From: Candidatus Nanosynbacter lyticus | GTDB taxonomy: Bacteria > Patescibacteriota > Saccharimonadia > Saccharimonadales > Saccharimonadaceae | Length of the DNA stretch: 32,000 bases | Assembly: GCF_030253515.1 (NCBI RefSeq) | Contig: NZ_CP124549.1 | Location: forward strand, 510,001-542,000 | Reading direction: 5' to 3' | In this document: one piece after another, positions 1-7,870 of the stretch | How the letters are laid out: every line of letters begins with the position of its first letter | Numbering within the stretch: position 1 is the stretch's first letter | Made by a program: the position numbers and the translations under genes | The notes under the pieces: model-generated | Database searches by the model: none | What the model was told of the DNA's origin: nothing | The model's input: the letters and a program-made list of their open reading frames with translations, nothing else

Positions 1-37
1 ATACCTTTTATTATACCGCGCCCACATAGAAACCACC

Positions 38-68
38 AAAAAACCGCCCTCTAGCCAGGCGGTTTTTT
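38..68 (-). terminator. Rho-independent (bidirectional) terminator downstream of the KH-protein gene
   Basis: Perfect inverted repeat AAAAAACCGCC (38-48) / GGCGGTTTTTT (58-68) around a 9-nt loop. The GC core CCGCC/GGCGG is flanked by an A-run and a T-run, so it reads as stem plus U-tract on both strands. It lies 83 nt downstream of the stop at 151-153. Confidence 0.7.
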
Positions 69-150
69 AGCACAAATAAGGCTCTCAATGGTTACCCATT
101 GCTCGCATAGAGCTGTTCTCGCATATTGTCTGTGCTTGAACTAGTTATGA

Positions 151-543
151 TTATATATCAAGGTCGTCCAGTTCTGCAAGCTCTTTTCGAGCATTTTCTG
201 TATAAGAAGAGCTATTTTCCACAGTTTCATCTGTTGAGTTGTCCACAGAATCATTATCCGAAGCGGTAGTCGTAGCTTGTTTAGCACCTGTAAAGCCGTC
301 ATTATTGACAATTTTCAGGTTGTAGCGCGCATCATTTTTCGTCCCCAATGCCCTGAGCAGCGTCCGCAGACTTTGCGCTGTACCGCCACGCTTACCGATG
401 ACCCGACCGAGATCCTCTGGGTTGACCGTCAGCGTGAGTAACACCCCTTTTTCGTCAATCAAACGCTCGACGACGACATCTTCTGGATGCCCAACCAGCG
501 CCTTTACTACGTATTCTACAAATTGCTGATCTATCGTTGACAT
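151..543 (-). CDS. KH-domain RNA-binding protein (YlqC/UPF0109-like) with an acidic C-terminal tail
   Basis: ORF-track ORF 151..675 trimmed to the ATG at 543, which is preceded by AAGGAGGGG (548-556) and a 4-nt spacer. The translation MSTIDQQFVEYVVKALVGHPEDV...LGRVIGKRGGTAQSLRTLL contains the KH GxxG loop. Residues ~80-130 are a D/E/S/T/N-rich extension. Confidence 0.85.
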   Translation of the reverse strand: MSTIDQQFVEYVVKALVGHPEDVVVERLIDEKGVLLTLTVNPEDLGRVIGKRGGTAQSLRTLLRALGTKNDARYNLKIVNNDGFTGAKQATTTASDNDSVDNSTDETVENSSSYTENARKELAELDDLDI

Positions 544-604
544 ACTGCCCCTCCTTGGAATTAACTGTACTCCTAGTATAGCATAGGCGATTTGCCGAGG
601 GCAA

Positions 605-1693
605 CTATGGCAATTGGCACTTTTTGGCGCAGTGGGCGGTAATGTTCGCTTTGTGCTCAGCCTCGGTCTTCGCAAAATAAGTTATGTTGTCGTCGCCGCT
701 CAAGAAATAAAGGTAATCCTCCTGGGCTGGATCGGCCGCAGCATTCAGTGCCGCGAGACCAGGCGAAGCGATTGGCCCAGGCGGCAGCCCCTTGTGAATG
801 CGCGTATTGTACGGTGAATTAAGCGTGTGCGAGCGAGCGACGCCAGCCTTATCGGCGGCATAATGATAGGTCACGTCTGACCCGAGTGGCATATCCTTTT
901 TCAGACGGTTATAAAACACGCTGGCAATCCGCCGCATATCCTCACAGGTCGCTTTACCCGGGCAGCCAATTGACTCGCGCTGAACAATCGAAGCCAGCGT
1001 CAAGCCCTGATACAGCGACAGCCCTCGCGCCGCAAATTTTTTCTCGAGATTATTCTCAGCCACCACCCGGTCTAGCTCGCTGATGGCCCGCTGCAAGGCC
1101 TGCTGGGCGGTGGCGTCTGACGGCAAGAAGTACGTATCGCCATAGATATAGCCCTCGAGATCGGCGGTCGCTGGCTTGCTTTTCATGACCGCACCGGTAT
1201 ACGTAGCGGCGAAGGCGGCTGTAATTTGCTCATCGCTGTAGCCAGCGCGCTTGAGGGCGCTGGCTACAGCGGTCTTTTGAGTAGCGGGAGTCGAGGTCTT
1301 GTCGCGTAGTGTTGCCCCTGGATAAAATAGTACCGAACGCCGATCCGGTTTGCCACCGAGTAAATGCTTAAGCACCGACGCCACATCTTGATCTTGTGTA
1401 AAGCTGTACACGCCCTTGTTGAAGGTGCCGGTAACGTTATTTAACTTGAGGTAAATCGTCATGGCAAAGGCGCTGCGAATAATTTTTTTATCTTCAAGTT
1501 TTTTGGCGATAACCTGTGCCGTGTCGCCACTGGCGATTTCGACACTAATTTTTTGCCGCGCCCCGGCGTTGACCGGACGAAGCATTTGTTTGTACCAAAT
1601 GACGCTGCCAAGTATCACCACACCCGCCACCGCGACAACTGCCGATACGATAATGAGCCACAACCGCCGTTTTTTGATCTTCATTTTCTTCAT
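605..1693 (-). CDS. mltG: Endolytic murein transglycosylase MltG (YceG family)
   Basis: 362 aa with an N-terminal basic stretch plus TM helix (LWLIIVSAVVAVAGVVILGSVIW). YceG-type motifs LEGYIYGDTYFL and LASIVQRES are present. ATGA overlap with the ruvX stop (1690-1693). Confidence 0.9.
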   Translation of the reverse strand: MKKMKIKKRRLWLIIVSAVVAVAGVVILGSVIWYKQMLRPVNAGARQKISVEIASGDTAQVIAKKLEDKKIIRSAFAMTIYLKLNNVTGTFNKGVYSFTQDQDVASVLKHLLGGKPDRRSVLFYPGATLRDKTSTPATQKTAVASALKRAGYSDEQITAAFAATYTGAVMKSKPATADLEGYIYGDTYFLPSDATAQQALQRAISELDRVVAENNLEKKFAARGLSLYQGLTLASIVQRESIGCPGKATCEDMRRIASVFYNRLKKDMPLGSDVTYHYAADKAGVARSHTLNSPYNTRIHKGLPPGPIASPGLAALNAAADPAQEDYLYFLSGDDNITYFAKTEAEHKANITAHCAKKCQLP

Positions 1694-2094
1694 CCGTGCA
1701 CCTCCAAATAATCTTGCAAAATAATACTCGCTGCCTCGGCATCGATGTCGCCTTTATCTTTGATCTTGCCAGCTAGGCGCTGTTCGGCCTGAACGCTGGT
1801 TAGCGACTCATCCTGATAAGCGATCTCGGCATCAATGTCCAGCTGACCCAACCGCCTAACAAAATCGACCACGAACTCTGTTTGTTGTGTTGGCTCACCA
1901 GACTGATTGCGCGGATAGCCGACCACTACCAGCGAGATATCGTGCCGCAACATGATCTCTGCCAGCTCCTTCATGGCCCGCTCGTCATTAGCCACCCAGC
2001 CAAACGGTACCGCGATCCGCACCTGTGAATCGGCCATAGCTAAACCAATCCGCTTCTCGCCCACATCTAGCGCTAGAAAGTTTTTAGCTTTCAT
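1690..2094 (-). CDS. ruvX: RuvX/YqgF putative pre-16S rRNA nuclease (Holliday-junction-resolvase-like)
   Basis: 134 aa. N-terminal LALDVGEKRIGLAMAD matches the YqgF RNase H-fold signature. It sits directly upstream of mltG, as in many bacteria, and its start overlaps the upstream gene by 11 nt. Confidence 0.9.
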   Translation of the reverse strand: MKAKNFLALDVGEKRIGLAMADSQVRIAVPFGWVANDERAMKELAEIMLRHDISLVVVGYPRNQSGEPTQQTEFVVDFVRRLGQLDIDAEIAYQDESLTSVQAEQRLAGKIKDKGDIDAEAASIILQDYLEVHG

Positions 2095-3697
2095 TGAGCT
2101 TAAATTCGATGCTTATTCGTTTGGTATCATTTGGTACGGTGCGCACCCAGAACGGAGAGAATTTCACATCAACATTTTCAATACCCTTGATGGCTTCGAG
2201 CGCCGACTGAATGTCGCCATAGCTTTTACCGCGTGATTGCTCCTTGACCTTTTCCTCATCAATGGTCGGGCCGACAACGGCATTGGCAGTGATGTGAGTA
2301 ATAAAGTTACCGCCCTGACCGCTGAACTGTGCAAACTTTGCGCTATCAACACCATCTTTATAGATTTTTTGCGACTGCTTGCCCTCTAGTTCCTTGTTGG
2401 CGGTCGCCTTGAGGTAGGTGCTTAGCTCTGATTTTTCGATACCAACCATCGAGGCGGTTACCACTGTTTTAAGCGTCACTGCACCAGTCGCTTCACTATC
2501 AACGGCGACACTTGGAGTTGGCGCACTACGCTGTTCTTGGTAGCTTTCTTTGATAGCAACAGTTGATCCGCCGAATGACTGCTCGACCTTGGTGCGAAGA
2601 GAGTCGGCCTTTTTTTCGTTCAATAAATCGCCGGCACGCTTAACATCGTCGCTGCTAACCACCGTCACCTCACGACTACTACCGCCCGAGGTCTCGCCAA
2701 CAAGTGTCGCGTTAACTCCTGATGGCATTCCCGATACCGAACCACTTTCACCGTTATATTCCGCCCCGATATTGGCAGCCGTCACCATGACCGTTGAGCC
2801 CGAGGCATTGGAGCGACTAAACGTCACCGCGCTATCGGTCGTAAAGGTCATCCCGCCGCTTGTACGAATCGAGGTACCGGCCGGAACAGTCTTATCGAGC
2901 AGGCTGATCGAGTCAGTTGCGATACGCAACTTACCCTTGGCACGCTCACCAACTTTCTTCCTTCCGGTCGCCGAAAACTCAACGGACAGCTCTACTTTTT
3001 GCTCCTGTCGGCGGGCCTTGATCATGTCAGCGGCCGGGTCAGTCGCCCCATCAGTCTTGAGCGTTACTTTCTTATTTACCGTCACGGTTGTTGTCTTGGC
3101 CGTGATAATTACTCGCGCGTGCGGCGCAAACCAAATTGCCCATATCAAAAACCCGATGAGTAGCAGCGCACCGCCGCCGATCAGCAGAAACTTTTTACGA
3201 AATAGATTAAAGTTCGGGACTTTTGGCGCTGTCTTGTTCTTGTTGGCGTTATCCGCCGGTTTTGAGGTCTCGTCGTCTTGCTTTTTGGATGAATCAGCGA
3301 TGGCTGAATCAATCGCTTTATCCGTTTCATCAACAGGTTGCGCGCTCTTTTCTAGCTCGCCAACCGGTAGCTCGCGCCCGTCGATGACGTCATTTTCGTC
3401 GTCCACCTTCAGTACCGGCACCTCGGCCATTTCTGGCTTGCTCTGGAGCGTCTTGGCCACCGGAATTTTGGCTGCCGCCGCGAGACCAGACAGAATCGTA
3501 TCACCAGTAATCAGTACGACTCGCTTATTAACCGACGCGGCCGTCCGAGCGATAAGCCGCATATTAACCGCACTACGCAACACACCAACTCGCTTGGGCG
3601 GCACCAGTGCGATAATCCGTTCCTTCGACGCCTTTATCTTGCCAACAATGGCAGTGATATCATCTTCGACGTCAATGTAAATAACATCTTTATTCAT
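2084..3697 (-). CDS. Uncharacterised bitopic membrane protein (cytoplasmic N-domain, charged linker, one TM, ~340-aa extracytoplasmic T/S/V/G-rich domain)
   Basis: 537-aa ORF. Its ATG at 3697 abuts the ftsA stop (TAGATG, 3695-3700). Single hydrophobic helix FLLIGGGALLLIGFLIWAIWFAP (aa 170-191, nt ~3125-3190). I can name no family with confidence. Confidence 0.8.
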   Translation of the reverse strand: MNKDVIYIDVEDDITAIVGKIKASKERIIALVPPKRVGVLRSAVNMRLIARTAASVNKRVVLITGDTILSGLAAAAKIPVAKTLQSKPEMAEVPVLKVDDENDVIDGRELPVGELEKSAQPVDETDKAIDSAIADSSKKQDDETSKPADNANKNKTAPKVPNFNLFRKKFLLIGGGALLLIGFLIWAIWFAPHARVIITAKTTTVTVNKKVTLKTDGATDPAADMIKARRQEQKVELSVEFSATGRKKVGERAKGKLRIATDSISLLDKTVPAGTSIRTSGGMTFTTDSAVTFSRSNASGSTVMVTAANIGAEYNGESGSVSGMPSGVNATLVGETSGGSSREVTVVSSDDVKRAGDLLNEKKADSLRTKVEQSFGGSTVAIKESYQEQRSAPTPSVAVDSEATGAVTLKTVVTASMVGIEKSELSTYLKATANKELEGKQSQKIYKDGVDSAKFAQFSGQGGNFITHITANAVVGPTIDEEKVKEQSRGKSYGDIQSALEAIKGIENVDVKFSPFWVRTVPNDTKRISIEFKLNES

Positions 3698-4960
3698 CTA
3701 TATTTTAAGTAATCGGTTAACTTTATCCATCAAGCCATGAGCGTCTTGATTACTTACCATTGTATCATACCCAACCCGCAGCAGGCCCATCACCGTGATA
3801 AATGTGTGATCCGTGATATCACCGGTCGTATCAGTGATACCGATGACATCGGAGGGCTTGATATGCTGAATGGTTGGCTTTTTCGTAAACGGCAGTTCCT
3901 TGTACCATGGCTGATTGGCGAGTGCATCAACCAGCTGCTGCAAGCTCGCGCCACCGCCACACAGCAAAATTCGGTTCGGCAAATGATCGACGCTGTCAAA
4001 ATCACCGAGTGCCAGCTCAACACCCGACAGCCATACCTCAAGTGTTTTATCAATTGCCTCGTCAAGTTTGCGCTTGAGGGTTGGTTTGATGTAACCATTA
4101 TCAGTATTTACCTTCAACTTTTCCGCCTCTTTATAACCCAGATCAAGGTCCGTCGCAATCATCCGCGTAAAGCTCCGCCCACCGATGCCGAACATCTTGG
4201 TGCCCTCAACGCCGCCGTCATTGACGACCGCAATGTCAGTCGTGCCACCACCGCAGTCGATCAAGATCGCCGTAAAATTAGAATTCGCATCTGTACCGAG
4301 CACACTTCGGCTGACTGCAAACGGCTCGGCCGCCACGGCGATTAGCTCCAGCGCTAACTCGTCGGCCACCTTTTCCAGCGCTCCGATATGCACCATTGGT
4401 GCAAATGCCGTATAAATCTGTACCGCGACGTCCCGCCCCTGAAAACCGATCGGGTTTGACACCTTGTAGCCATCAATATGAATGCTGACCAGTGCTGAAT
4501 TAACCAGCTTTACCTCGACGTCCTCGTTGCCAGTTTCCAGCGCAATCTGCGCCTGCGCCTTGCCCTGTGCTCGTTCCTGCACCTTCTCAATGATGAATTC
4601 CATCTCGGCAACATCCAGTGGTTTATCGGGCTGCGGCCGGCGATAGCGAATGGTGTTGGTCACGCCCTTGACCAGCTCACCGGCAATACCGATGATCACC
4701 CGCTTGGCCTGAACACCGGCCTTATCCTCAGCCTCGGTCAGTGCCGCCTCGCAATTGGTCACCACACCAGCGATATCAGCGATCGCGCCTTGGTGCATGT
4801 CGCCCAGATTCTGCTGCGCCCGACCAACTCCGATGATCTCGATATCATCATCCTTGATCTCGGCGATCAGCGCCTTAATATACTCCGTACCAATGTCGAG
4901 ACCGACCAGGTACTGGTGTTCATCTTTGTCTGTCTTCTTGAAAAGCCTATCTAACACCAT
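3698..4960 (-). CDS. ftsA: Cell division protein FtsA (actin-like ATPase)
   Basis: 420 aa. Phosphate-1 motif VGLDIGTEYIKALIAE, ILIDCGGGTTDIAV, LCGGGASLQQL, and a C-terminal amphipathic segment LMDKVNRLLKI typical of the FtsA membrane-targeting helix. Confidence 0.85.
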   Translation of the reverse strand: MVLDRLFKKTDKDEHQYLVGLDIGTEYIKALIAEIKDDDIEIIGVGRAQQNLGDMHQGAIADIAGVVTNCEAALTEAEDKAGVQAKRVIIGIAGELVKGVTNTIRYRRPQPDKPLDVAEMEFIIEKVQERAQGKAQAQIALETGNEDVEVKLVNSALVSIHIDGYKVSNPIGFQGRDVAVQIYTAFAPMVHIGALEKVADELALELIAVAAEPFAVSRSVLGTDANSNFTAILIDCGGGTTDIAVVNDGGVEGTKMFGIGGRSFTRMIATDLDLGYKEAEKLKVNTDNGYIKPTLKRKLDEAIDKTLEVWLSGVELALGDFDSVDHLPNRILLCGGGASLQQLVDALANQPWYKELPFTKKPTIQHIKPSDVIGITDTTGDITDHTFITVMGLLRVGYDTMVSNQDAHGLMDKVNRLLKI

Positions 4961-4970
4961 AGTCTTTATG

Positions 4971-4981
4971 ATTATATACCA
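4971..4981 (-). promoter_or_regulatory. Candidate extended -10 promoter for ftsA
   Basis: The minus strand reads TGGTATATAAT, followed by 10 nt and then ATG 4960. There are overlapping -10 options, TGG-TATATA or TATAAT, and no good -35. Confidence 0.35.
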
Positions 4982-5003
4982 TTTGGGTGTGGATTGGCTA
5001 GTT

Positions 5004-5031
5004 TTGACAAAATATTATTTAGTTGTATAAT
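5004..5031 (+). promoter_or_regulatory. Sigma70-type promoter of the 5039-5881 orphan (leaderless geometry)
   Basis: TTGACA (5004-5009), 16-nt spacer, TATAAT (5026-5031), then 7 nt (acatatt) to ATG 5039. No Shine-Dalgarno is possible. Confidence 0.6.
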
Positions 5032-5038
5032 ACATATT

Positions 5039-5881
5039 ATGTATTCTGCATTCCGTCATGATGGTGACACTTTATCATACACTGCGTCACGCAAACTGTC
5101 CGCCGAGCAGCGTGATACCTTAAAACGTGAAATTATCGGATTACATGCTGATACTGTTAACAATACCTGTACACCCAGTGCTGTACACATCACAGGCACA
5201 TATCGCGAAAAGGATACGATACTGCACCTAGCTGCTCTGAGAGAACTTATCGCCAGCGGCCTAGCCTTTGCCGCTGACCTTGAGCTACGGGAAGGTCAAT
5301 TCGGAAGACGGCTCGTTCGGCCAAAGCATACACCAACCTGGACAGGCCTCCTTAGTAATGAAGATATCGTGGCCGCCCTTGGCGGAGTCGACTCCATCCG
5401 CACAAGCGAATACTATACAAACCCCACACGTAAGGTTAGTGACAACACCATGTGGCAGTTGCTTGATGAAATCCCCATGATAGAGAAAGATCGTCTTACT
5501 CGTTTTTGTAGTGAATTTTTTGAACCAGCTGTTGGGCTTGGAATGACCGATGTGGTCGCGATTGATGCTATATATAAAAAGACGCGGTCAAAATCCACCT
5601 CAAAACCACGCACCAAAGAGCGATATGTACTGCGCAATAGTAAAATTCTACGGGAAGTCGGACAGCAAGCAATCAAAGATACCCTCACCGTTGTCGTAAA
5701 CCCGTATACCGGTGTAGTTGATGCCCAGACAATAATTAGTCCATCAACGACGCACGGACACCTTCTCCAGACTAATCCAGACACAATAACTGATCGCGCA
5801 GTTCAAGCCTGCAAACGGCTCAACGAGACAATTCGTACAGACAACGACCCGTTTGCTATATTGGAGCAGCTTGATAGATAA
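5039..5881 (+). CDS. Hypothetical protein (orphan, no recognisable domain)
   Basis: ORF-track ORF 4994..5881 begins at TTG. The first ATG, at 5039, sits 7 nt after a consensus -10. 280 aa with no TM or signal peptide. Sampled GC is ~45% versus >55% in flanking core genes. It is convergent with alaS. Confidence 0.6.
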   Translation: MYSAFRHDGDTLSYTASRKLSAEQRDTLKREIIGLHADTVNNTCTPSAVHITGTYREKDTILHLAALRELIASGLAFAADLELREGQFGRRLVRPKHTPTWTGLLSNEDIVAALGGVDSIRTSEYYTNPTRKVSDNTMWQLLDEIPMIEKDRLTRFCSEFFEPAVGLGMTDVVAIDAIYKKTRSKSTSKPRTKERYVLRNSKILREVGQQAIKDTLTVVVNPYTGVVDAQTIISPSTTHGHLLQTNPDTITDRAVQACKRLNETIRTDNDPFAILEQLDR

Positions 5882-5923
5882 CGCCTTTAGCCCACGATAT
5901 CCTACCTCTATACAAAACTACAA

Positions 5924-7828
5924 TCAAGAAGCGTCTGCAGCGCCCTCACTAAGAACAGCCTTAATCCGCCGAATCCCAGCAGCACTCGCCTCTTCTTTAG
6001 TGATGGTGAAGCGCTTACCGCCCTCAGCCAAGACGCCAGTGTGTTCGACGTGTGGGCCGCCGCAAACTTCGAAACTAACGACATTATCGCCCTCGCCGAT
6101 AGAATAAACTTTCACTTCATCACCGTAGCGCTCGCCAAAGGCGCCGATTGCGCCCATATTCAGCGCCTCGTCAGTCGGATAGACGGCAAAGCTGACTGGT
6201 AAATCAGCGTCGATCCAAGCATTGACTTGATCTTCTACTGCCTGTTTTTCCTCTGGCGTCAATTTATCGTGATTGAAATCAAAGCGTAGGCGCTCAGCAG
6301 TGATATTGCTGCCGTGCTGTTGCAAATCCGGTGCATCGAGGACTTTGCGTAGCGCTGCTCCCAACAAGTGCGTCGCCGTATGATATTTCAAATGAATCGG
6401 ATCGTGACCCTCCAGGCCGCCGCTAAATTGCCCCTTGCGTGCTGTCTTGGAGCGTTGGCGCTGCTCAGCCATTCGCGCATCAAATTCAGCGCGCCAATTA
6501 TCAGAAAGCTTGATGCCTTGTTTATAGGCCTCCTCGGTACTCAGCTCCACCGGAAAGCCAAACGTATCATATAGCGTAAATAGCTCTTCGCCAGTTAAGC
6601 CATCGTCGATATAATGCTGCATCTGCTTTAAGCCTTTGCGCAGCGTTTGGCGGAAGGCTTTTTCTTCCTTGACCAGCACAGCGATGATACTCTCGCGGTT
6701 TTCCTTAACCTCTGGGAAATCTGCTTCATACAAATCAGCAATCACCGGCACGATTTCCTCGAGGAAATTCTGCTCAATTCCCAGATCGAAACTATAGCGA
6801 ATCGCCCGGCGCAGTAAGCGGCGCATCACATAACCCTGCTCCTTATTGCTCGGCACGCAGCCATCGACCGCCATAAAGGTAGCAGCCCGCAGATGATCAG
6901 CGATCACCCGCATACTTTCGGTATGTGAAGCGTACTGTTTGCCGCTCAAATCCTGCAATTTCTCGATGATTGGCCATAGCAAGCTAATCTTGAAAACATC
7001 AGGGTCATTATTCACGGCCGCCGCAATTCGCTCCAGGCCTGAGCCATGATCAATGTTTGGCTTTTCTAGTGGCTCAAACACACCGTCCGCCACCTTTTTG
7101 TAGGCCATAAAGACATTGTTGCCAATCTCCATAAAACGACCACAATCGCAGTTCGGATGACAATGCTCGCCAAACTTCGGATCATGCTCGATAAAGTCAA
7201 ACTCATAAAACATCTCGCTATCCGGCCCACACGGATCACCAATCGGCGTAGTTTCCGGCCCACCATTACGACTCCACCAGTTCTTGCTGCTATCATAAAA
7301 GAAAATCCGCTCACCCGGATGAATACCGCGCGCTGCGCCCTGCTCCTCGCTACCAATATCGGCTAGTCCAGCCTCGATGCCTTTTTCGACAAACTTCTGC
7401 TGCCATAACTCGGCCGCTTCAGTATCCCTGGCGATATTATATTCCGGCGCACCAATGAAACATGTCACGTATAGCCGCTGCGGGTCAAGCCCAATTTCTT
7501 CGGTCAAGAACGTCCACATCCAATTGATCTGCTCTTGTTTGAAATAATCGCCCAAACTCCAGTTACCGAGCATTTCAAAAAACGTCGTGTGGCGGTTGTC
7601 GCCGATATCATCAATATCTTGTGCTCGCAAGCACGTCTGCGAATCAGCGATCCGCTTGCCTTCAGGATGCGGCTCGCCCAGCAAATATGGGATCATCGGC
7701 TGCATGCCCGCACCGGTAAATAGCGTTGTCGGATCGTCGGTTAGAATCAGCGGCGCGCGCTTGATGACTGCATGAGCCTGTTTGCGGTAAAAGTTGAGGT
7801 ATTTGAGGCGAATTTCTTGAGCGTTCAT
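5924..7828 (-). CDS. alaS: Alanine--tRNA ligase, short form lacking the C-Ala domain
   Basis: MNAQEIRLKYLNFYRKQAHAV..., class II core (FTGAGMQP, FFEMLGNWSLGDYFK). Editing-domain zinc motifs HTATHLL and CGGPHV are present. The protein ends ~35 aa after CGGPHV (634 aa). The start at 7828 was chosen because TGCTATAAT lies 7 nt upstream; the ORF-track GTG at 7861 is rejected. Confidence 0.9.
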   Translation of the reverse strand: MNAQEIRLKYLNFYRKQAHAVIKRAPLILTDDPTTLFTGAGMQPMIPYLLGEPHPEGKRIADSQTCLRAQDIDDIGDNRHTTFFEMLGNWSLGDYFKQEQINWMWTFLTEEIGLDPQRLYVTCFIGAPEYNIARDTEAAELWQQKFVEKGIEAGLADIGSEEQGAARGIHPGERIFFYDSSKNWWSRNGGPETTPIGDPCGPDSEMFYEFDFIEHDPKFGEHCHPNCDCGRFMEIGNNVFMAYKKVADGVFEPLEKPNIDHGSGLERIAAAVNNDPDVFKISLLWPIIEKLQDLSGKQYASHTESMRVIADHLRAATFMAVDGCVPSNKEQGYVMRRLLRRAIRYSFDLGIEQNFLEEIVPVIADLYEADFPEVKENRESIIAVLVKEEKAFRQTLRKGLKQMQHYIDDGLTGEELFTLYDTFGFPVELSTEEAYKQGIKLSDNWRAEFDARMAEQRQRSKTARKGQFSGGLEGHDPIHLKYHTATHLLGAALRKVLDAPDLQQHGSNITAERLRFDFNHDKLTPEEKQAVEDQVNAWIDADLPVSFAVYPTDEALNMGAIGAFGERYGDEVKVYSIGEGDNVVSFEVCGGPHVEHTGVLAEGGKRFTITKEEASAAGIRRIKAVLSEGAADAS

Positions 7829-7835
7829 AGGAGCA

Positions 7836-7844
7836 ATTATAGCA
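7836..7844 (-). promoter_or_regulatory. Extended -10 promoter of alaS (leaderless geometry)
   Basis: The minus strand reads TGCTATAAT, then 7 nt (tgctcct), then ATG 7828. Confidence 0.55.
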
Positions 7845-7870
7845 CAAGTCGCCTCAGACACTCTGGATCT

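Noticed and set aside
1-40. Possible tRNA 3' end (…AACCACCA) at the left edge
   Set aside because: There is no T-loop (GTTCRA) or acceptor complementarity in the available bases. The CCA is part of the A-rich arm preceding the terminator.
86-101. Small hairpin CAATGG-ttac-CCATTG in the 3' region of the KH gene
   Set aside because: It has only 6 bp and no U-tract. The strong terminator 20 nt further on explains termination.
2550-3680. 376-aa plus-strand ORF
   Set aside because: It lies entirely antisense to the better-supported 537-aa minus-strand gene. Its translation is S/T/A/L/P low complexity with no start context, so it is a shadow ORF.
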